A stretch of 24,196 nucleotides of DNA from an uncultured archaeon (GTDB lineage Archaea; Iainarchaeota; Iainarchaeia; Iainarchaeales; DATDZZ01): positions 1 to 24,196 of the forward strand of contig CAYJVY010000002.1 in NCBI GenBank assembly GCA_964373795.1, read 5' to 3'. The notes beneath the pieces were generated by a model, which saw only the letters and a program-made list of their open reading frames with translations, had not been told where the DNA came from and ran no database searches. Below, one piece after another: positions 7,901 to 13,017 of the stretch. Made by a program: the position numbers and the translations under genes. Position 1 is the first letter of the stretch. Every line of letters starts with the position of its first letter.

Positions 7901-8421
7901 CATTTCAAGTAATCGATTGCAGCAGAGTCTCGCATAATTAAATCTTTATCTATTACAATTTTTTCAAATCTATGAAGAGAACCATATGGTCCAAAAGAAC
8001 TTCCAGGATCTGAACGAGCGCCTCGCAAAGTTAAAGTCCCGGGTAACAAGAAATCGCATTGACTTTGAGTTACTCCAATTGAGCAATAAATTCTGGAATT
8101 AGTTGTTTCAACATTCCAAGGAATTAAAATACTTGAATCGCTTCGCTTAAAATCTCCTCGAACATCTAAGTCAACGTTATTTAAAACCCATTTCACTTCA
8201 GTTAGCTGAGGAAAATCAGCTCTTGCTTTTACTTGCTGCCAATGATTATCAAAACTAGTGGAGTCTAAAAAAATTCCAGCAGTATTATTAATAGTGCAAA
8301 TAAAAACATTGTTCACTACGCTTGCATCATCGCATACAACGTATTGTTTATTTGCTGCAGCTGAAGCAAGTGAAATTAAAAGCAGTGAAAAAAATGCAAT
8401 TAAAAGAATTTTAAAATTCAT
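4978..8421 (-). CDS. Giant secreted beta-helix-like, N/S/T/G-rich surface protein (about 1147 aa from the ATG at 8421)
   Basis: The ATG at 8421 starts MNFKILLIAFFSLLLISLASAAA (signal peptide). The listed start at 8469 is a TTG, and a TATA box lies inside that extension. The body has degenerate approximately 20-25 aa units such as VSGNATLTNAVFGN, VVGDLTLNSGLFTN, VSGNLSFNSSGLSF, KGAITVAQNITVSNS, KGAITASNGSIAFTGN, typical of parallel beta-helix adhesin-like proteins. No C-terminal hydrophobic anchor. Confidence 0.8.
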   Translation of the reverse strand: MNFKILLIAFFSLLLISLASAAANKQYVVCDDASVVNNVFICTINNTAGIFLDSTSFDNHWQQVKARADFPQLTEVKWVLNNVDLDVRGDFKRSDSSILIPWNVETTNSRIYCSIGVTQSQCDFLLPGTLTLRGARSDPGSSFGPYGSLHRFEKIVIDKDLIMRDSAAIDYLKWLGIGSPEIIVKGNLDMEKSKIHFYQSGPITVQGNASITGVQDSYRDNRFSIDGAYILNVSGNATLTNAVFGNMNYSKIVNASPKEGIHVNGVLTSTGSTIGFVSGGEGVFQVGSANISSSNFDRTFKDFNVVGDLTLNSGLFTNVSSSGPVLIGGNFSATSSNVLGLTTNLDVSGNLSFNSSGLSFTTPKPVFVRGATGLSLLNISTINSPETVNVLAGALLIGEASPSYQPAYQPSSGILNIKGGPVIVEKDIKVFNALLSGDASSGIDFIKSKSGEIVFDNSNAGTFNSPMILNLGGNATENFEITATAPGKGISFKGQGPSNNWLITSLKPLRLATNGELKFEGGKFGDKGFYELSMPDFDKTTAGNQAAKPSNITLNSAVLRGVRKLSTSGNLIVNSSMIYDMHFETIPDSEFIVLGKTSLVDSTLKFSNPIAIKVEGTDGLNVTGVFLGEEDNGAINGAGDINVSIGSLTVKDSKRGLRNLKGAITVAQNITVSNSRIDGDNSTGITGITALNGNISVHNASPPAFWNDSENLGQVRTVKGAITASNGSIAFTGNNLATVFFGDASLIPSITAKSIVFTNLATSEITSPEATFKIESTAGDISLNKISFTGVNGRIDELKSSNNIYLSDSTIQFMNNASTNFTDLNGVISLDNSTIQNFGPAELKFKKLELKNESSINPNVSDSGNEIKNISGEVLELTNSWISRINGRINLKDHLYLKNSQLVLIGATNTQRQIIINRGLPKTSNPNNAIQSIYIEGTKNANNLNRSISSLNDTPSIYISNDDPQYPSIIKSAYFDAKATNSQPIEIWSCKFDARDGLQVEGKSITLHTQSQVSGVTEAFQGAIDQGAVPIVDQHPDCPYGGGIPLTASSLNTVIPLNGFIVDKTVTPNKPLDNGSFDAEVIDLDSSKGEEGCKTTGKEINNGQINYAIGGPGTGETCKLVPGASHKIKVSIKKGSITESIQIQFTS

Positions 8422-8448
8422 TAACCTTCCCCAGAGTTCATTAAAATT

Positions 8449-8460
8449 TCTATATAAATC
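8449..8460 (-). promoter_or_regulatory. TATA box candidate for the surface-protein cluster
   Basis: The minus strand reads GATTTATATAGA, centred about 33 nt upstream of the ATG at 8421. It lies inside the TTG-extended version of the ORF, which argues for the 8421 start. Confidence 0.45.
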
Positions 8461-8567
8461 CAAATGCAATTAATTTATATCATTATATATTTAATATATT
8501 TAAAACTAACGATTACAAGTATTAATGAACTCTTTTACATAAATAGTTGAATAATTTAAGTGATTGA

Positions 8568-8915
8568 ATGAAATCAGAATGGGATTTAAATAAAATTGCA
8601 ATTGCAATAATTGCATTAATTGTAATTTTGTTAATTGCATACTTTGTTTTTTTAACTCCAAAAGACAAGCAAGAAAAAAATAACATATTAAATGATAACA
8701 CTCAAGATAAAAACACTGAAACTGATTCAAAAAATACTTCAACAAATTCTACTAATGAAAGTAAAACAAAAATAGAGTCAAAGGATAAAAACCTTGAAGG
8801 AACAACTGTTTTACTGCCTGAGCTGCCAAAACAACCAGAAAAAATCATTACACCTGAAAACGTTAAAGAACCAGAATTAGGAAAAGACTCTGAAACAAAA
8901 CAACCTGCAAGGTAA
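8568..8915 (+). CDS. Small membrane-anchored protein with low-complexity K/N/T/E-rich tail
   Basis: N-terminal TM helix IAIAIIALIVILLIAYFVFL followed by a polar, probably disordered tail. The overlapping minus-strand ORF 8506-8745 looks like low-complexity noise. Confidence 0.55.
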   Translation: MKSEWDLNKIAIAIIALIVILLIAYFVFLTPKDKQEKNNILNDNTQDKNTETDSKNTSTNSTNESKTKIESKDKNLEGTTVLLPELPKQPEKIITPENVKEPELGKDSETKQPAR

Positions 8916-8977
8916 TCGTTCGCTCGCCGAGCGCGAGGGCTGACGTCGGCCTTCAGCTTCGCTGGATGAACGCGCTT
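8916..8977 (+). other. GC-rich (about 68% by hand count) structured non-coding island; candidate small RNA or cis-regulatory RNA upstream of ahcY
   Basis: TCGTTCGCTCGCCGAGCGCGAGGGCTGACGTCGGCCTTCAGCTTCGCTGGATGAACGCGCT. Hairpins: CGCTC/GAGCG (8921-8925 with 8929-8933); GGCTG/CGGCC (8938-8942 with 8947-8951, loop ACGT); TTCAGC/GCTGGA (8952-8957 with 8961-8966, loop TTC). An enclosing helix AGCGCG/CGCGCT pairs 8930-8935 with 8971-8976. Strand assignment is tentative. Confidence 0.4.
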
Positions 8978-9042
8978 TGAAAAGTATTTTAATTGTTTGT
9001 TTGTAATTTTTTTAGGAGAGTATTGAATGCAGAGGTTGGGAA

Positions 9043-10299
9043 ATGAATTTTGATGTAAAAGATTTAGGTTTAGCTGATAAAGGATTGCAGAGAATTGAAT
9101 GGGCTGAAAAAGACATGCCTGTTTTAAGACTGATTAAGGAGAGATTTGAAAAGGAAAAGCCTTTGAAGGGAATTAGAATTGGTTGTTGCTTGCATGTAAC
9201 AACTGAAACAGCTAATTTAATGCTTACCTTAAAAGCTGGAGGAGCAGCGCCTTTTTTGTGTGCTTCAAATCCTTTGTCAACGCAAGACAATGTAGCAGCT
9301 GCTTTAGTGAAATTTCATAAAATTCCTGTTTTTGCAATTACAGGAGAAGATAATAAAACTTATTACAAGCATTTAAATCAAGTGCTTGATGCAAAACCTC
9401 AAATTACAATGGATGACGGAGCAGATCTTGTAAGCGAGATTCATTCAAAGAGAACTGAGTGCTTGAAGGAAATTTTTGCAGGCACTGAAGAAACAACTAC
9501 TGGGGTAATTAGATTTAAAGCAATGGAGAAAGACAAGGCATTAAAGTATCCAATTATTGCAGTAAACGAGGCAGACACTAAACATTTGTTTGATAACAGG
9601 TATGGAACTGGACAAAGCACTGTAGATGGAATTGTTAGAGCAACTAATAGATTGCTTGCTGGAACAAATTTTGTTGTAGCAGGATATGGCTGGTGTGGAA
9701 AAGGATTAGCAATGAGGGCAAAAGGATTAGGAGCAAACGTAATTGTAACAGAGGTTAAACCTTTAAGGGCTTTAGAGGCTAGAATGGATGGATTTAGAGT
9801 AATGCCAATGCTTGAAGCAGTTAAAGAAGCAGATTTTATTTGCACTGTAACAGGAAACAAAGATGTTTTAAGAACAGAGCATTTCAAGGCAATGAAAAAT
9901 GGATGCATTACATGTAATTCAGGGCATTTTAATGTTGAAATAAATATTAAAGAATTAGAGGCTTTAAGTAATTCACGAAAACAAGTAAAAGAATTTGTGG
10001 AAGAATTTGAATTAAAAGACGGGAAAAAAATTTTCTTGTTAGGAGAAGGAAGACTAATTAATTTAGCTGCAGCAGAAGGGCATCCAGCAGCAGTAATGGA
10101 TATGAGTTTTGCAAATCAAGCATTAAGCGCGGAATTCATTGCAAAAAATCATTCAAAACTTGAAAACAAGGTTTATGTTGTTTCAAAAGAAATTGATGAA
10201 CAAATCGCAGCATTAAAACTCAAAGCATTAGGAGTAAAAATAGATGAATTAACTCTTGAGCAAAAAAAATATTTAGAAAGCTGGCAAGAAGGAACTTAA
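9043..10299 (+). CDS. ahcY: S-adenosyl-L-homocysteine hydrolase (adenosylhomocysteinase)
   Basis: N-terminus [28 protein letters not shown]. Also [30 protein letters not shown]-binding [17 protein letters not shown] and [17 protein letters not shown]. The 418 aa length is the archaeal short form. SD GAGGT at 9032-9036. Confidence 0.95.
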   Translation: MNFDVKDLGLADKGLQRIEWAEKDMPVLRLIKERFEKEKPLKGIRIGCCLHVTTETANLMLTLKAGGAAPFLCASNPLSTQDNVAAALVKFHKIPVFAITGEDNKTYYKHLNQVLDAKPQITMDDGADLVSEIHSKRTECLKEIFAGTEETTTGVIRFKAMEKDKALKYPIIAVNEADTKHLFDNRYGTGQSTVDGIVRATNRLLAGTNFVVAGYGWCGKGLAMRAKGLGANVIVTEVKPLRALEARMDGFRVMPMLEAVKEADFICTVTGNKDVLRTEHFKAMKNGCITCNSGHFNVEINIKELEALSNSRKQVKEFVEEFELKDGKKIFLLGEGRLINLAAAEGHPAAVMDMSFANQALSAEFIAKNHSKLENKVYVVSKEIDEQIAALKLKALGVKIDELTLEQKKYLESWQEGT

Positions 10300-10327
10300 A
10301 ATTTAATAATCTATGGAGAATTAAACA

Positions 10328-11047
10328 ATGAATAAATTTTTACCACTAGCAATTGTCGTAGTAATTTTTATTTCATTACTGGTTTTTTACACTGCTTACG
10401 ATAAACAAACCAAAACACTTGTTCCAGAAAAACTTGTAAGTGTAGTATTGTTTAAAGATGTTGCAAATTCGTTAAAGGAATTAAACAAAGTTGCAGCTTT
10501 AGCTGCAATTGGATTAATTGCAATTACATTTATTTTAGGCCCTCTATCAAAAATTTTTCCAAAAATTTTTTCACAATTTCTTTTCACTAGAAAATTTATT
10601 GGATTAAGCGGATTTGTATTTGCTTTTTTACATGCGCTTTATTCAGTAATAGTGATTTATGAACTTGATTTGAATAAAATGCTTTTTGCAAATCCAAAAA
10701 TAGTGGGATTTATTTCAGCAGTTATTTCTCTTTTTATTTTCTTTTTAATGAGCATTACTTCCACTGAAAAAGCAGTTAAAGTAATGGGTTACAAAAACTG
10801 GAAAACTCTTCAAACAACTGGGTATATTGCTTTATTTCTAGCAATTCTTCACTTCATAATTTTAGAGATAAAGCCTGGTAAAGGATTTGATGTCAGGCCA
10901 TTTGGAGTATTATTTTTATTCATTGCATTAGTTGCCTTGATTTTAAAAATTTTAACTCTTTTTATTAAAGTTCCTGAAAGAAAAAGCTTTCAAGAACATG
11001 TTTCTCATTCTGAAACCGAAAACAATTCTAAAAAAGCTAAAAACTAG
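10328..11047 (+). CDS. Polytopic membrane protein, ferric-reductase-like / MsrQ(YedZ)-like transmembrane domain
   Basis: About 6 predicted TM helices with conserved-position histidines (FAFLHALYS and LAILHFIILE). A ..TSTEKAVKVMGYKNWKTLQTTGYIA.. segment resembles the S...R..lG...Wk.lH..Y pattern of PF01794-type domains. SD GGAG at 10315-10318, 28 nt after the ahcY stop, so likely co-transcribed. Confidence 0.5.
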   Translation: MNKFLPLAIVVVIFISLLVFYTAYDKQTKTLVPEKLVSVVLFKDVANSLKELNKVAALAAIGLIAITFILGPLSKIFPKIFSQFLFTRKFIGLSGFVFAFLHALYSVIVIYELDLNKMLFANPKIVGFISAVISLFIFFLMSITSTEKAVKVMGYKNWKTLQTTGYIALFLAILHFIILEIKPGKGFDVRPFGVLFLFIALVALILKILTLFIKVPERKSFQEHVSHSETENNSKKAKN

Positions 11048-11939
11048 TCAAATCTTTTAAAGCTTTAACTCTTTTCTTAATTTCATTTAAAGAAATAGTG
11101 TTTAATACATTTAATGAAAATCCTTCACAAACTAAAGAAGCTACTGCGCTTCCATGAATTATTGCTTGCCTTAAATTTTTTTCATTCACGTTTTTTTGAG
11201 TAGATAAAAATCCAATTATTGCGCCAGCAAAAGAATCTCCTGCACCAGTTGGATCAACAACTTTTTCTAAAGGATATGCAGGAGCAATGAATAATGATTT
11301 TTTTGAAAAAAGAATTGATCCATGCTCGCCTTTTTTAATAATGGCTAAAGAATTTTCATTGGTTAATAATTTTTTTCCAGCTGAAATCAAGTTAGAGTCA
11401 TTGAATAACATTTTTGCTTCAGAGTTATTCATTAAACAAACATTAACAGAGTTAATCATTTCTAAAACTTTTTCTCTTGCAGTTTCAATATAATAATCCA
11501 TTGTATCAGCTAAAACAAATTTTGGAGACTCAAATTGCTCTAAAAGCTTTAACTGATGTTCTGGATCAAGATTTCCAAGCAAAACAAATTTTGCTTGCTT
11601 GAATTCATCTGGAACAATTGGTTTAAACTTTTTCAAAGAATTTAATTCAATTGAAATTGTTTTCCTATTATTCATGTCTTTTTCGTATTCTCCAATCCAA
11701 TGCATGTTTGGCCCTGAAACTCTTTGCAATCCAGTTAAATTAATTCCTTTAAGGTAAAGTAGTTCTAAATATTTTTTTGGAAAATCTTCTCCGTACGAGC
11801 CGATTAAACCAGGTTTGCAAAACAAGCTTGCAGCAAGAGAAGCATAAACTCCTGATCCTCCTAAAATATTTTTTACTTCATTTGATTGAGTTTTAATGTC
11901 ATCTAATCCAATAGATCCAGCAATAACTGTTTCAATCAT
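11037..11939 (-). CDS. PfkB/ribokinase-family carbohydrate or nucleoside kinase
   Basis: GGSGVYAS N-terminal motif and the PfkB signature-2 motif DPTGAGDSFAGAIIG near the C-terminus; 300 aa. The 3' end overlaps the convergent gene 10328-11047 by 11 nt. Confidence 0.85.
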   Translation of the reverse strand: MIETVIAGSIGLDDIKTQSNEVKNILGGSGVYASLAASLFCKPGLIGSYGEDFPKKYLELLYLKGINLTGLQRVSGPNMHWIGEYEKDMNNRKTISIELNSLKKFKPIVPDEFKQAKFVLLGNLDPEHQLKLLEQFESPKFVLADTMDYYIETAREKVLEMINSVNVCLMNNSEAKMLFNDSNLISAGKKLLTNENSLAIIKKGEHGSILFSKKSLFIAPAYPLEKVVDPTGAGDSFAGAIIGFLSTQKNVNEKNLRQAIIHGSAVASLVCEGFSLNVLNTISLNEIKKRVKALKDLTSF

Positions 11940-12004
11940 ATGAAGAATAAGAAAAACAAAAGAAATAAATTAGTTTCTTAAAACAAAAAAGAATCAAAAA
12001 ACAG

Positions 12005-12670
12005 TTAAGCTGTTACTATTTTTTTAGTCATTGAATCAATTACTTCACTTATTTGATTCATTATTGATTCCATTTCTTTTGAAGCATCAATTTCTTTAAC
12101 CAAACCTTTTTTCTCATAATAAGTTAGTAAAGGTTTTGTTTGTTCTTTATAGGTTTCTAATCTGCTTCTAATAATTTCTTCTTTGTCATCTGTTCTTTGA
12201 AATAAAAGAGATCCATCTTTATCGCAAACTCCATCATTTTTTGGAGGAAAGTTCAATCCATAAATTGTATTGCATTTAGAGCAAACTTTTCTAGAAGTAA
12301 TTCTTTTAACAATTAATTCATCGTCAACCTTTAAATAAAATACAACATTAATTTGTTTTTCCATTCTTACAAGAATTCTTTCAAGCAAATAAATTTGTCT
12401 AACATTTCTTGGATAACCATCTAAAGTAAATCCTTTGGAATATTTTTCTTTTTTTAATTCTTCAGCAATTAATTCACTAACAAATTCATCGTCAACAAGT
12501 TTTCCTGCTTTTAATAATTTAGATATTTCTTGCCCTTTAGGAGTACCAGAATTAGCTACTTCTCTTAAAATATCTCCTGAAGAAAGCTGTGGAAAACTAT
12601 ATTTTTCCAAAATTTTTTGAGCAATAGTTCCTTTTCCTGCTCCTGGCGGACCTAAAAAAACAACGATCAA
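12005..12670 (-). CDS. adk: Adenylate kinase, long (bacterial/eukaryotic-type) form with Cys-x2-Cys...Cys-x2-Asp lid
   Basis: P-loop GPPGAGKGT, then LSSGDILRE, GFTLDGYPRNVRQ, and lid CSKCNTIYG...CDKDGSLLFQRTDD. TTG start (12668-12670) with SD GAGGAG (12676-12681) 5 nt upstream. Confidence 0.93.
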   Translation of the reverse strand: MIVVFLGPPGAGKGTIAQKILEKYSFPQLSSGDILREVANSGTPKGQEISKLLKAGKLVDDEFVSELIAEELKKEKYSKGFTLDGYPRNVRQIYLLERILVRMEKQINVVFYLKVDDELIVKRITSRKVCSKCNTIYGLNFPPKNDGVCDKDGSLLFQRTDDKEEIIRSRLETYKEQTKPLLTYYEKKGLVKEIDASKEMESIMNQISEVIDSMTKKIVTA

Positions 12671-12720
12671 GTTAACTCCTCTTTTTCAGAAAACAATATA
12701 ATTTATATACTAGGTAATAT

Positions 12721-12745
12721 AAAAAGGTTTCGTCAAAAAACGAAG
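12721..12745 (-). terminator. Hairpin plus T5 tract downstream of the small zinc-finger ORF
   Basis: The minus strand reads CTTCGT-TTTTTG-ACGAAA followed by CCTTTTTATA. The stem is 5-6 bp. This is a weak call. Confidence 0.3.
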
Positions 12746-12808
12746 TTATTTGTTCAAATTTATTTTAGATAATTATTTTACAAAGATTTGCACAACAGGA
12801 AAACAATT

Positions 12809-12958
12809 CTAACAAAACTCACATACATCTTTTTTCGATGAATCACTTTTTTCTTTACCAGATTTTTTAACACAGTCCGTAGAACAGTATTGCTTACTTC
12901 CTTTAGTTATAGATTTTTTGCTTAAACTTTTTCCACAATAATCACAAGTTTTATCCAT
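12809..12958 (-). CDS. 49-aa TRASH/MYM-like zinc-finger protein (below the ORF-track length cutoff)
   Basis: Hand translation: MDKTCDYCGKSLSKKSITKGSKQYCSTDCVKKSGKEKSDSSKKDVCEFC, stop TAG at 12809-12811. The C-x2-C-x16-C-x3-C spacing with ..YCS.DC.. fits the TRASH-type metal-binding motif. Strong SD GGAGGG (12964-12969) 5 nt before the ATG. Confidence 0.6.
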   Translation of the reverse strand: MDKTCDYCGKSLSKKSITKGSKQYCSTDCVKKSGKEKSDSSKKDVCEFC

Positions 12959-13017
12959 TAAATCCCTCCAAATTTACAACAATATTACTCTTTCCAAATT
13001 TAAAAAACTTTGTTTTA

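Noticed and set aside
8422-8469. TTG-initiated 16-codon extension of the giant surface-protein ORF
   Set aside because: The ATG at 8421 is followed directly by a classic signal peptide. The only TATA-like box (8449-8460) lies inside the extension.
5120-8473. Series of plus-strand ORFs (5120-5305, 6014-6331, 6500-6688, 6944-7198, 7277-7570, 8258-8473) antisense to the giant beta-helix gene
   Set aside because: The sense gene is built from AAT/AGT/ACT/GGA/ATT-type codons, whose reverse complements rarely create stops. Long antisense ORFs are therefore expected by chance. Their products are low-complexity and lack starts with an SD or TATA box.
8506-8745. Minus-strand 79-aa ORF overlapping the 8568-8915 gene
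   Set aside because: Its product is L/Q/C/Y-rich noise with no TM or motif logic. The plus-strand ORF gives a clean TM helix plus polar tail.
8916-8977. GC island as a tRNA, split-tRNA half or C/D-box sRNA
   Set aside because: Neither strand has a GTTCRAATC-type T-loop, D-arm consensus or cloverleaf. It contains one CTGA (8940-8943) and a GGATGAA (8964-8970). These are in the wrong order (D before C) for a C/D sRNA, and the second box pair is missing. It is kept as an unclassified structured element.
9012-9908. Minus-strand ORFs 9012-9290 and 9441-9908 opposite ahcY
   Set aside because: The plus-strand frame is an unmistakable SAH hydrolase across its whole length. The antisense products have no recognisable features.
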